A DNA stretch of 53,320 nt from a virus (Duplodnaviria > Caudoviricetes). Below, piece by piece: positions 24,715 through 35,100 of this stretch. Each line of letters opens with the position of its first letter. The first letter of the stretch is position 1. Made by a program: the position numbers and the translations under genes. The stretch covers positions 1 through 53,320 of IMG/VR virus record IMGVR_UViG_3300021963_000165; one strand, 5' to 3'. The notes under the pieces were generated by a model. The model saw nothing but the letters and a program-made list of their open reading frames with translations, did not search any database and was not told where the DNA came from.

Positions 24715-24851
24715 TACCGGCCTTGCCCTCTGAGGGGCTTCTTGCCGCGCCGCCGAGGGCGGGACTGCTGCCCGAAACCCTGGCGGGTTGTCTTTGGCGG
24801 GCCAGCCTGGTGCTCGATGCGAGCGGTGCCGGTCTTGGACTTAACGGCCAT
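24714..24851 (-). CDS. Small basic protein (45 aa)
   Basis: MAVKSKTG...KKPLRGQGR; TGATG overlap. Confidence 0.6.
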   Translation of the reverse strand: MAVKSKTGTARIEHQAGPPKTTRQGFGQQSRPRRRGKKPLRGQGR

Positions 24852-25369
24852 CAGGCTGCCTCGCCATCGACAACAGGCTGAACCCCATCAGCAGGAGCAG
24901 GCTCAGCAGGAGCATAGGGATCACGAGGCCAAACCGGATAGTCGGCGCCTGTAATGTATCCGGCCAGTTCAGCTGTGTCAGTGGTTTGTGCGATTGCGCT
25001 GATCTTGGTGCCGGTGGCTAGGCGGATGTCTTCGCGCCAGGTCTTGATGGCGGGATCCGCGGGTTTGCCGTTATCAGCCTCGCGGATGATAGTCCAGTCA
25101 GTTGGGGTGAGCAGACTGTTGGCGGTGGCGCGTGTCTGCTGGGTCCACTGCTCGACCAGTTGTGCGTGATCTTTCCAGATTGGGTTGCCGCCTTCGGTCC
25201 AGCCCCACTGAAAACGCTGATCGTATGGCTGAGGGTCCGGCACTTCGGTGATGCCGATGGCGGTGCGCTCCTCAGGGGTTGCAAGCCGGAGCCAGTTGGC
25301 GGGGTATTGCACGCCATTGTGGGTGAACGCCACGTCTGGGCTCAGTGGCTTGCCGTCGAGGAGAAACAT
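24851..25369 (-). CDS. Tail fibre assembly chaperone
   Basis: QYPANWLRLAT.EER.AIGITE, LLTPTDW..IR. Confidence 0.75.
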   Translation of the reverse strand: MFLLDGKPLSPDVAFTHNGVQYPANWLRLATPEERTAIGITEVPDPQPYDQRFQWGWTEGGNPIWKDHAQLVEQWTQQTRATANSLLTPTDWTIIREADNGKPADPAIKTWREDIRLATGTKISAIAQTTDTAELAGYITGADYPVWPRDPYAPAEPAPADGVQPVVDGEAA

Positions 25370-25418
25370 GGCTAGGCGGGCTCTTGTTTGAGGTTAGCGG
25401 GACTGGTAGTCGTGTTCA

Positions 25419-25625
25419 CTAAGAGGGCAGCTCAGGATAATTAAAGAGCTTTTCGATTCGACTCACTTCTTGCTCGTAGAACTGGATCGCGTCGAACGGG
25501 TCAAGATCCTCGCCAGTGCGTAGCTTCACGGAGTCGGAAAGCGTATCCAGCCGATAGCGAACATCCTCGTTGCCCAGAAGTTCGACGATAAAGGCCCGAA
25601 TGAATTGTTTGTGGCTGGTTTTCAT
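25419..25625 (-). CDS. Hypothetical protein (moron-like)
   Basis: ORF track; lies between fibre and chaperone genes. Confidence 0.5.
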   Translation of the reverse strand: MKTSHKQFIRAFIVELLGNEDVRYRLDTLSDSVKLRTGEDLDPFDAIQFYEQEVSRIEKLFNYPELPS

Positions 25626-25683
25626 GAGTTGCCTAGCGGGTAGAACAGGTCAATGCAGTAAAAGCGGAACATCGGATGCAGGT

Positions 25684-28074
25684 TTAGCGTGCGCGGGCGT
25701 ATTGGAAGGGATTTTCGGCTACGGCGTAGTAGATGTAAGTGGCGCTGCTGATATTTTTGCCGCTGCCAGCTCCTCGAATTTTGAAGCCGTTTGAAAGAAT
25801 ATCAACACCCTGGCCAGTTCCAAGATTGTACGAACCTTCAGCATCACTGAGATCAGCAGCAAGGGTGTTGTCCCTAGCAGTATCAATTATTTCCCAGAAT
25901 GTGTAACCGTTATTAGTGCTGGAACACTTAAACATAATCCACCTCGGCCTAAACCCGGTATAAACAAACGGCCCATCTGCGCTGCCATTGCCGGTGTAGC
26001 TGCCGAAAGAAGAGTACCCGGCTACTGGGGCGAAGCAGTAGGCAACGTAAGTGCCGCCGCTTGCATTAACCGTCGCGTCAGTGCCAACGCTGAACACGGT
26101 CGAAGATGGCGCCGTGCTGTTCCAAACTGTTGTTGCAGATGCAGCGGCGTTTGTCAGGTTCAGTTGGATGCTGTTGGCTGCTGCGATGGAGGTGTGACGC
26201 ACCTGCCAGTTGCCGGTGGAGTTGCGGTGTTTGACGATGACCATGCCTGGCGCGACACCAAGGCCGTGGCCCACGGTGGCATTGGCGCCTGTTCCTGTGT
26301 AGGTGACGACGCTAAACCCCGCACTCGCATTAGCCCTCACCTGACTAGAGATGGAGCCTTGTGTGTTGGTAACTGTTGATGATCCGGCGTCCCAGGTCCA
26401 GGCGACGTAGGAATTGCTAGACGCATTTACACCAGGACTATTGCCAACCGTAAATCCGTCAGACGTAAATGCAGTCAACTTATCGACATCAGTAGATTCT
26501 GCATCGGTAAGATTACTATTAAGCTGTTTAGTGGCACCTCGAATTGTGTCAAACAGGCTGTGACTATTAGCCCCTGATCTGTTTTTATTCCACACCAAAT
26601 CCGGGCTAAACCCCAACCCGCTGATCGTCTGCGTGCTGCCATTACCGGTGTAGAGCTTCACGTCAAACGCCGTCGAAGGCTTGGCGACTACTGGGGCGGG
26701 GAGGTTGGTATCGCACAGTGCCTTGAAGCCACTTACGGGATAGGCGAAGGGGCGTTGGCCGAAGTTGGTGGCAAAAGAATCACCGGCAGCACCCGATCCA
26801 TCAGTCAGGGACGGGAAAAGTTCGGAGACAGTTCCAGAGATTGCGCCTTGTGATGCACCGTTTTTGTAAAAAGTAATCGTCCCTGCATCGACATCTACTG
26901 CAATACCGATTACATCGTTGGTTGTGTAAGAGGCTCCGTAGGTTGTTCCGGTTCCAGAAATGAACTTGCGCCCGTCCGTGTAGTAGAAAATTGCGCCAGT
27001 AACAGTCTGATTATTTGCTGTTGGGCTATAAGGAGATATGCCAATCATCGCGGTATTACCCGAGATGTATAAAACCTCCCAGTACCATTTGCCTGACGAT
27101 GGAAGCGCAAAAGTACCAAAAACATTTCCACCACCCGATGACGGCGTAGTAATGTCTAAATTGCCATTGGTGAATGTTGAAGCGGTAGAACTTTTGGCAA
27201 CAGGATTCCAAGTGCAATAGTTTCCCCTCACCTCCCCACCAGCGCCTGTATCGGTGCCGTAGCTCGTGGGCGTGTCCGTTAGGGAATCGTTGCCTGCACC
27301 AGCGGTGACGCTGAGGTTATTCGGCGTCCAGTTGTTGGAATTCCCGCTGTAATCCTTGCCAAGGGTGGTAGCAGTGGCGGCTGAGTTATCGGAGAATTTC
27401 AGCCAGAAACCATTTGTACCGAAACTTCCCGAATAAGCTTTAGGAACGAGTTGCCCAGTAGTGGCACTGACTTCTGTGAAGCTGGATGGTGTTAGGGCTT
27501 GGCCGTCGATGAAGTGGATGTCGGCGAGGTAGGCGTCTAAGAGTCGAGAAGAAAATTGCGATTCGCCTCCAATCCGGTGCTCAACATTATTATTGCAATA
27601 CGAGTCGGCATTGCTGGATGGATATACTACTGAGTAAGTGCCGCTGGCAAATTGAGTAATCCTCGACCCGTTTACATATAATCGAATTCTTTCTGTGCTG
27701 GTAGCGTTGGTTGAATCATACGCAAATACTACGTGCATCCAAGCCGAGTAGTCCCTGTAAACTGCCGCCGTCTGCAGGGTGGAGTTAAATGAAGATCCGT
27801 TGTAGTCGTAGTAAGTTAGCGCATCATTCTCAAATCTAAAAATAAAATTATTGCTAGTAGTAGTGAACAGCGATTGGTAAGTCTGTTGCGCCGCACTCCG
27901 CTTCACCCACCCCGCCCAAGTCCACGTCTTGCGGTTGCCGGCTGATGCGGGGGTGCGGGACAAGTAGGCACTGTCACTACTGTTGAATCGCAGGCTGCGT
28001 TCAATTTGATAGGCAGCAGCGGCTCCCCCCTGGCCAGAGGAGCCGATCAGCATGTTCTCGTGGAAGACTGACAT
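25684..28074 (-). CDS. Tail fibre / receptor-binding protein with LamG- and SPRY-like domains
   Basis: SLRFN...RKTWTW, SGKWYWEV, YTGNG repeats, GFSPDLVW. Confidence 0.8.
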   Translation of the reverse strand: MSVFHENMLIGSSGQGGAAAAYQIERSLRFNSSDSAYLSRTPASAGNRKTWTWAGWVKRSAAQQTYQSLFTTTSNNFIFRFENDALTYYDYNGSSFNSTLQTAAVYRDYSAWMHVVFAYDSTNATSTERIRLYVNGSRITQFASGTYSVVYPSSNADSYCNNNVEHRIGGESQFSSRLLDAYLADIHFIDGQALTPSSFTEVSATTGQLVPKAYSGSFGTNGFWLKFSDNSAATATTLGKDYSGNSNNWTPNNLSVTAGAGNDSLTDTPTSYGTDTGAGGEVRGNYCTWNPVAKSSTASTFTNGNLDITTPSSGGGNVFGTFALPSSGKWYWEVLYISGNTAMIGISPYSPTANNQTVTGAIFYYTDGRKFISGTGTTYGASYTTNDVIGIAVDVDAGTITFYKNGASQGAISGTVSELFPSLTDGSGAAGDSFATNFGQRPFAYPVSGFKALCDTNLPAPVVAKPSTAFDVKLYTGNGSTQTISGLGFSPDLVWNKNRSGANSHSLFDTIRGATKQLNSNLTDAESTDVDKLTAFTSDGFTVGNSPGVNASSNSYVAWTWDAGSSTVTNTQGSISSQVRANASAGFSVVTYTGTGANATVGHGLGVAPGMVIVKHRNSTGNWQVRHTSIAAANSIQLNLTNAAASATTVWNSTAPSSTVFSVGTDATVNASGGTYVAYCFAPVAGYSSFGSYTGNGSADGPFVYTGFRPRWIMFKCSSTNNGYTFWEIIDTARDNTLAADLSDAEGSYNLGTGQGVDILSNGFKIRGAGSGKNISSATYIYYAVAENPFQYARAR

Positions 28075-30398
28075 CAGGCGAAGGCTTTGGTGAGGACTGC
28101 GTGGATGCTGCCGCTTGCGCGGACGATGTAATCAATACGATCCACGGCACTGGCTGCCGTGCTTAGCGTAGGTGCCGTTCCCCCCGCAAACTCCCAATCC
28201 GACGAATACGCAAGTGTTCGTGATCCAGTGCCGTCTTGCGTCACAAAAATGGACCCGGACTGCCCAGCTACCTGATTGGTGGGGTTGCCCAGTGTGCGGT
28301 TGCCGCCGAGCGTGACGCTGAAGTTGTTGCTATCGGCAAAGTCCACAGCAATCGTCGCCGCATCGGTCAACGCCGTCACCTCAGCACGCTGGCCCTTTGT
28401 CCAGGTCTGCGCGGTGTCGATTGCGCCGTAACCGGAAATCGTCTGGCCAGCAGCGAAGGTAATCGTGCCGGTCATCGTGCCACCGGCTTTCGGCAGCGCA
28501 GCATTAGCTAGGTCATAGGCCGACTTCACCGCGTTGGGTGTTGCCGCTGTTGTTGTGCTGGTGCTGCTGGTGGAGTCGGTGAGCTGCACCACGCCCACCA
28601 CGCTGGTGGTGCCAGCAACGATCTTGCTGCCGCTGATCGCCGCGCTGGCATTGATGTCAGCATCAACGATCGTGCCATCAGCGATCATCGTGCTGGTGAC
28701 TGTGCCGCTGTCACCGGTGGTGATTACAGTGCCGCTGACATTGGGCAGCAGGATCGACCGGTCACCAGTCGGATCCACCACATTCAGGGTGGTCTCAAAG
28801 GCGTTGTCATTTGTGCCTTCAAATGCCAGTGAACCAGTGGTGCCGATCAGCAACTCACCAGTGACGGTGCCGCCAGCTTTGGGCAGTTTTTCAGTATCTA
28901 CCTCTTCGATTGCAGCCTGAACATTTGTGGCGCTAACTCCACCGGCGGGAGTAAACGACACGTTCGCAGCCACCTGCGAGGTGATCGTCTGCGAAACGTC
29001 GATTTCGGTCCAGGCAGCGCCGTTCGACAGAATGATGTCCGGCGGGCTGAGTGCAACGGTGGGAGCAGGTGCAACACCAGTGCCAGCCTCAGCAACCACC
29101 AAGTAATAACGATTGTTGGCAGCAGCGGCAGCAGGCAGTGCCTGGCCAACCACCAAACCAACAGCGGTGCCATCACTGGTAACGGACGCCACGAGGTTGG
29201 TGCTGGCGTCATAGGTGCCGGCGAAGACGATTTCACCCACCGAGATGCCGATGGGCTGCCAGACGTTGCCGTCCCAGATGTAGATGTCGCGGGACAGCGA
29301 GTTGAAGTACAGCTGCCCGGTGTATTCCGCGGTCGGTTGGCTTGCACCAAACTGCGCGGTCGAGCTGTTGGCCAGCTTCACACCGGTAATCGTGTTGCTG
29401 GCGATCCGAGCGATGTCGAGCGTGCCAGAAGTCAGCTTGGCAGCGCTGTGGTTGGGTACGTCGGTATCGGCCAACGTGTCGCCAGTGGTAACGTGCCCCT
29501 GAGCATCAACCGTCACCTTCGTGTAGGTGCCAGGTGTGGCTGAGCTGCTGTGATTCAGGTTGCCTGAGCCATCGACGGCAAGGCCGCTGCCGGGGATGAC
29601 TGCGCCCAGCACCGAGCTCGTAGCAGGCGGCAGATCAGCGCCGGTGATTGCCCGGCCAGCGGTGACCAGACCCTTGGCGTTGTAAGTGACGACGTGGTGC
29701 GTAGCGCTGAGCGTTACGTCGTTGTCCACCTCGAGGGTGTCGCCGTCTAGGCGTAGACCCTCGCCGTTGACGATCACGCCACCTTTTGCACTGGTGGTTG
29801 CGGTCGGCAGGTCGGCGCCGGTGATGGTCCGATAGGCCACAGCGCCAGCGTTGGCAGCTGGGCCAGCCAAGAACTGTGCTGCGGCCGCAGTGTTATCCAG
29901 CGATGTGGTGATCGTGACCTGATCGCCGCTGGTGGTGATCGTCAGGTTGACGATGCCGGCGGTGTCGCCCACCACTGTGTTGACCGAGCCAGCAGCCTTG
30001 ATGGACTGCCACGCAGAGCCATCCCAGCAGTAGATCTTCAGGTCGTCGGTATCGAGCGCCAGCTGGCCTATGTAGGCGCCAGAGCCGGGCAGGTTGGTGA
30101 CCAGGTCAACAGTGGATTGATCTGCCAGCTTGTCGGCGGTCACGCCGTCATTCGCCAGCTGTGTCGTGCCGATGCCGCCAGTGGCGATCGAGCTGCCGAC
30201 AATCTGGCCAGCGCTGAACAGAATCTTGGCGCCAGGGATGGTCGCGTCAGCGATCAGTGTGGTGGCATTGCCCACCAGATCGGTGACGGTGATCTTCTTG
30301 GTCTCGCTCGCAGAGACATCAACAACGGGCAGAAGGTCGCCCGCTGCTAGGTTGGCGCCGGCTAGTGCGGCTAGTTCACTGATCTTCAGGTCCGCCAT
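28074..30398 (-). CDS. Tail fibre protein
   Basis: MADLKISEL N-terminus, TKVTVDAQG repeats, AATPNAVKSAYDLA. Confidence 0.8.
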   Translation of the reverse strand: MADLKISELAALAGANLAAGDLLPVVDVSASETKKITVTDLVGNATTLIADATIPGAKILFSAGQIVGSSIATGGIGTTQLANDGVTADKLADQSTVDLVTNLPGSGAYIGQLALDTDDLKIYCWDGSAWQSIKAAGSVNTVVGDTAGIVNLTITTSGDQVTITTSLDNTAAAAQFLAGPAANAGAVAYRTITGADLPTATTSAKGGVIVNGEGLRLDGDTLEVDNDVTLSATHHVVTYNAKGLVTAGRAITGADLPPATSSVLGAVIPGSGLAVDGSGNLNHSSSATPGTYTKVTVDAQGHVTTGDTLADTDVPNHSAAKLTSGTLDIARIASNTITGVKLANSSTAQFGASQPTAEYTGQLYFNSLSRDIYIWDGNVWQPIGISVGEIVFAGTYDASTNLVASVTSDGTAVGLVVGQALPAAAAANNRYYLVVAEAGTGVAPAPTVALSPPDIILSNGAAWTEIDVSQTITSQVAANVSFTPAGGVSATNVQAAIEEVDTEKLPKAGGTVTGELLIGTTGSLAFEGTNDNAFETTLNVVDPTGDRSILLPNVSGTVITTGDSGTVTSTMIADGTIVDADINASAAISGSKIVAGTTSVVGVVQLTDSTSSTSTTTAATPNAVKSAYDLANAALPKAGGTMTGTITFAAGQTISGYGAIDTAQTWTKGQRAEVTALTDAATIAVDFADSNNFSVTLGGNRTLGNPTNQVAGQSGSIFVTQDGTGSRTLAYSSDWEFAGGTAPTLSTAASAVDRIDYIVRASGSIHAVLTKAFA

Positions 30399-30413
30399 GC
30401 CAGCAACAGCGAG

Positions 30414-31310
30414 TTAGCCGTCAACCTCTTGAAGCAGGCTAGCAGTGGCATCCTGATCCAGAAGGATGTCATCGGTGTTCTCCTGCAGAATTTTGTCGTA
30501 TGTAACGGTCTGGGTCTTGAGCCTGATCGGTCCAGTGGTGATGAACTCAATCGTGCTTTCCACGATCGTGCCGGGCGTGAACTGCACGGCCGAGCCGGTG
30601 ATCACACCGCTGACCTCGTACCAAATTTGATCATCAGCCTGGCCCGCGACGCCGCTCGGGTTGTATTCATTGGTCTTCAGGAACAGTTGCGCGTTGAACT
30701 CACTGCCGACTTCAGTGCGAACAGCGAGCTGCAGCAGATACTGCGCTGTCTCGTACTCACCATTGCCGCAGCAGTCCTTGTAGTCCCACTGGCAGCTGAT
30801 GCGGCCAGAGCCTGACATGAGCGAAGACCACTGAGAGCGAAACTGATCCGACAGCGAAGTGATGTCCACTGACTCGCGCTGCGTGCTCAGCTCGTAACCC
30901 GTTATCGCGCCCAGGATTCGCCTCTGCTGGTTGGCGATCACCACCTTGATGGGGATGTTGGTGTTGATGGTATCCAGCGCGATCGCGTTTGCGCTACCGC
31001 CATTCAGCGCATTGGCAAAGCTGGAATACAGCCTGATTCCGCCTAGCTCATCGACATTCACAAACCATTTGCCGTTTGACTGCTTCGTACTGTTGCTCCA
31101 TCCGGCTGTGCTGATCCACGACAGCGTGGAGCCGTCGGTGCTGGTGATCTCAATCTGATCGCCAGTGATCAGGTAGCCCTGGTCGAAATCAAATGAGAAC
31201 CGTTTCCGCGTGGTGTTCACGTCGGACGGGTTCACAATCGACTCCAGTGCGCCGTGGTCTGACTTGCGCTGAAGCGTGACTCTGCCGAATGTCCCGAGGT
31301 AGACAGCCAT
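30414..31310 (-). CDS. Structural tail protein (tube-like fold plus insertion)
   Basis: Position; YELSTQRESVDITSLSD...SGSG. Confidence 0.6.
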   Translation of the reverse strand: MAVYLGTFGRVTLQRKSDHGALESIVNPSDVNTTRKRFSFDFDQGYLITGDQIEITSTDGSTLSWISTAGWSNSTKQSNGKWFVNVDELGGIRLYSSFANALNGGSANAIALDTINTNIPIKVVIANQQRRILGAITGYELSTQRESVDITSLSDQFRSQWSSLMSGSGRISCQWDYKDCCGNGEYETAQYLLQLAVRTEVGSEFNAQLFLKTNEYNPSGVAGQADDQIWYEVSGVITGSAVQFTPGTIVESTIEFITTGPIRLKTQTVTYDKILQENTDDILLDQDATASLLQEVDG

Positions 31311-31741
31311 CAGATGCTCGCGGTGGTTAGCGCTCCAGTGCCCTGGAAGCTGACCTGTGCTGTGACGATCTCGCCCACCGCGGCGCCGATCGTGGCGCTG
31401 GTGATGTAGGCCGTCAGCGTGACATCGTTGAGATCGCTGCCATCAGCAAGCCGCAGAGTCAGAGTCACGTCATCGGAGACGGCAACGCCACTGTTGCCGG
31501 TCTTCACCAGCCTGGTCAGCAGGTTGCTTGCGTCGATCTTGTTGTCGTCGGACTTGTAATAGATCAGGGCTGCAGTGCCGCTGAAAGACTGCACGCCGGG
31601 GGTGAAGCTGCGCACCCCATCGCCCAGCGTGGTGGTCTCGAGCATCTCTACGTCTGCCTGAAGGCTCCAACTGGTCACCTTGACCAGCGTGCTGGTGCCC
31701 AGCAGAAGCCGGCCATCGCGTCCGGTGTAAGCCTTAGCCAT
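31310..31741 (-). CDS. Tail tube-like protein
   Basis: GRDG...SWSL...LETTTLGD...SFSGT...SFQGTG. Confidence 0.65.
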   Translation of the reverse strand: MAKAYTGRDGRLLLGTSTLVKVTSWSLQADVEMLETTTLGDGVRSFTPGVQSFSGTAALIYYKSDDNKIDASNLLTRLVKTGNSGVAVSDDVTLTLRLADGSDLNDVTLTAYITSATIGAAVGEIVTAQVSFQGTGALTTASI

Positions 31742-31764
31742 CGGTCAGCCTCCCTGCCAGCAGT

Positions 31765-32142
31765 CTAGAGAACACCAACAAGCTTTATCTGCACCGAGCT
31801 GATGCCCGGCTTGACGCTTTGCACTTGCGGGGCGTCCGCATAGCGCCAGGTGTTGCCAGAAGCGGCTGCACCCAGCGCATCTGTGTTGCCGGCCCATCCA
31901 CTTCTCACTCCGGTGCTCAGAGTGAACGTGCCGTAGGTGCCCTGTACCTCGTTGTAGTGATCGAGAAACAGCTCAGCGTCGGCGTCCGCGATGTTGTTGT
32001 AGGACAGCTGCAGGCTCATGCCGGTCCTGTTGCTGCCGTAGAGGATGCGAGTCTCAGAACCGTTCTGCGAGCGAAAGGTCTTGACCGGCCAATCACCGGC
32101 GTCAAACGTCCTGCTGCTGGGTTTGAGGGTCGGGAAAGCCAT
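31765..32142 (-). CDS. Minor tail (distal tail-like) protein
   Basis: Position; ORF track. Confidence 0.55.
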   Translation of the reverse strand: MAFPTLKPSSRTFDAGDWPVKTFRSQNGSETRILYGSNRTGMSLQLSYNNIADADAELFLDHYNEVQGTYGTFTLSTGVRSGWAGNTDALGAAASGNTWRYADAPQVQSVKPGISSVQIKLVGVL

Positions 32143-35100
32143 TAGCTGTCAAAGGTGAAGCGGGATCGATTGTTCGAGATCAAGTCCTGCGCAATCAGGC
32201 TAGACAGCTTGCTGTCACAAGGGAACTCGGAAGCCGTGACTTGCACGGTGCCATCCTCGCTCAACGTGATCTGTTCGACCATGTAGACGTTCTCGGAGGA
32301 CGTTGCCTCAACAACCGTGAACAGCGAGCCGTAGAGAGTGGAATCGGTGACGCGGCCGTTGGAGACGGTCATCGTGCCGCTGCTGACATCGTCGGAACCA
32401 GGCTTGTAGTACAGGATGCTGTACTGCTCATCGGTAAGCGGCGTCACGCTGGTGATGACGCCGGTGTCGCTGATCACGCCGTTACGCGCTGAAGAATAAG
32501 GACTGGCTTCGGTCACTACCCGGATGTAGCTACCCGGCGCAAGGTCCATGCCATAGGGCAGGGTGCTGAATCGAACCGTGTGCGTGATGCGCTTACGGAT
32601 TGACAGGAAATAACGGCCGACCAGCTCAGCGTGGTCGCGGTTGGTGCAGTAGCTAATCAGATCAAAGGACTCAATGGGCGCATACTCGCTGGCATCGGCC
32701 CAGTTGACCACCACGTTGCGCTCCTGTGGGAGCTCGTTCGGGCGCTCCTCGCGGTAGCGCACCACCGCCTGCATCGGCTTGCGCTCCTCGGCGCCGAGGT
32801 ACTCAACCTGGAAGGTGTCCTCGATGATGTTGCCCGAGGTGAAGAGCTGGCTGATCTTCACCGGGCTGGTGCTGATGCTGCCGCCACTGGTGGTCGGCAA
32901 TGCCGGCACCAGGCTGAACTTGCCCTCGCTAATCACGAAGTTGCACAGGAAGTTTGGCGCTGTATCAGCGATGAACTGCCGGACGTTGATCGCCTCACCA
33001 ATCACGCCATTGAAGAACAGCTTGTTTCGCTTGAGGAACTTCGCCGTGCGCACCAGGTCGTCGGTGTTGATCATCTCGGATGCCGTTGAGGCGTCGATGT
33101 TCAGCACCTTGCCCAGACCCGCGACATCATCGGTCAGCAGGTGAAACACCAGATCGCAGAACAGATTGCTCGGACCATAGGCGTCGTCATCGTCAGGGTG
33201 GAACCGCTTGACGTGCAGCCCGCTTGCCAGCCAAACCCGCAGCTGATCAAGGTTGTTGAAGTTGCGCGATGCCTTCAGCGCCAAACCGCAAATGCTCATC
33301 CGGTCGTACTCCGGCTTCACATCGTTGGCCACCATCTGATTGACATAGGTGATGGCGTGCTCAGGCGAGTTCTGGTTCGACTTCTCGACCAACGCGCTGT
33401 AGTAGCTCACGTCTCCGTACTGGCTGCTGCCATCAAACTGGCGGTCGGCATTGAGCTCGGATGTTCTAAATATGCTTTTCTCAATACCAAAGACGATGAG
33501 CTGCAATCCCACCTCAGCGCCGTCTTTGTAGAACGGATTGCCCGAGCTGACGGTGTAATTTTTGCTAACGAGATCGCCAGCGGACCAGTTAGTGGTGCTG
33601 GCACTGGTTTTGACAGGCGTGATGGTCATCGTCTTGGTGTCCCAGATCTTGGTGCGCCCAGAGAAGTGATCTGTGACGGCGATGACCGAAAGGCTGAAAG
33701 ACGCACGCAGTTTGCGCCCGCTCTTTTCAAAGTCCACCGCGACAGTTCTGCGGTGACCGACTTGGTATGAGGTGGCCTTACCGAGTATCTCTTCAAACAC
33801 CGCCTGACTACGGCCGCCTGTTGATCCACCATTGCGCACCTGGCTGACCCTGAGCAAAACGCCAACAGCGGTCATGCTCGGCTGTGCCGGTGGATTGCGG
33901 AATGGGTTGGTGGAGTCGACTGTGCGCTTGACCACAAACTGCTGCAGGATGTTGAAATCACCGCTGCTGCCGGTGACATCAAACTGGTCAACGACAAATA
34001 TTGAAGACTTGCCGCTGAAGTGACCAGACGCCAGCGCAGTTTTGGTGGCTCGATAGTTGATCGTGATCCATTGGCCATTGGGCAATGCTTCACGAACGAA
34101 GCTGTAAACGGCGGCACCGAGGGGTAGTTTTGATGCGTCGGCGTCACCGAAAAGCTCGTATCCAAAGGCGGCAATGCGGCCGCTTGTGATGTTGCTGGGC
34201 TCGCTATAGGAGCCGAGCAGCTCAACAGCTGAGGCGGTTGTCTTGTCCGGGTCTATGTCAGGCAGAAAAGAGTTAATGCCGACAGCGCTGGGGTAGCCAT
34301 CTGCCTCAGTGCCACCTGTAAGTTTGCCGCTGGTTGTTAACTCGACGTTGTAGCGAATCTCGCTTTTTTGCACTTTCTTGCCCACGGTCAGTACCGTGAA
34401 CGATCCATAGCGCGTGCTTAACGTGTCGCTCAGGATGTTGCTGTTTGCGGCACTGTCCAGCGATGCGTTAGCGTTTAGCTGCCAGTACACTGTGTCGGCC
34501 GCGTCTCCACGCAGAGAGGCGCTGTTGCGGGGCACAAATCTGTATTCATACTGCTTTTGGTCTGGGTGCTTGAAGCGGATAAAGTTGTACTGATCGACCG
34601 GGTTGTTGCCAACAACAACGAAGTGAACGCCGATGCGGCTCCACTTGTATTCACCGCCAGAAGATGTCAGGCCAGCCGGCCGTACATACACGTCGAACGC
34701 TGACGCCCTGCGGGTGTAGGCCGTAATAGTGCCGTTGGTGATTGAAATGCTTTGGTTGTCTGAGCTGCGCAGCTGAGCAGGTGAGGGGATCGTGCGGAAA
34801 TTGCAGAGGCCATTCAGTCGCTGGTAAACCCGGCTGCGAATACCGATTTCAGTTACATCGCACGGCCGCGTGTTGCGAGCCAAGGCGACTGACATGCGCA
34901 GCAACGGATAGAAGGCTGTGCCAGCGTGCAGCTTGTTGGTTTCGCCGTTGTCGTCGCTCAGATAGCTGCGCTTAAGCATGGCGTCTGAAACGACGCCGAT
35001 CTGATCGGACCCAATAACCTCGACGCATTTCAGCGTGATGATCTGATCTTTCTTGTCTTCAGGCCGCCACGCCGCTAGCTCACGTCCCGTGACCTGCCAG

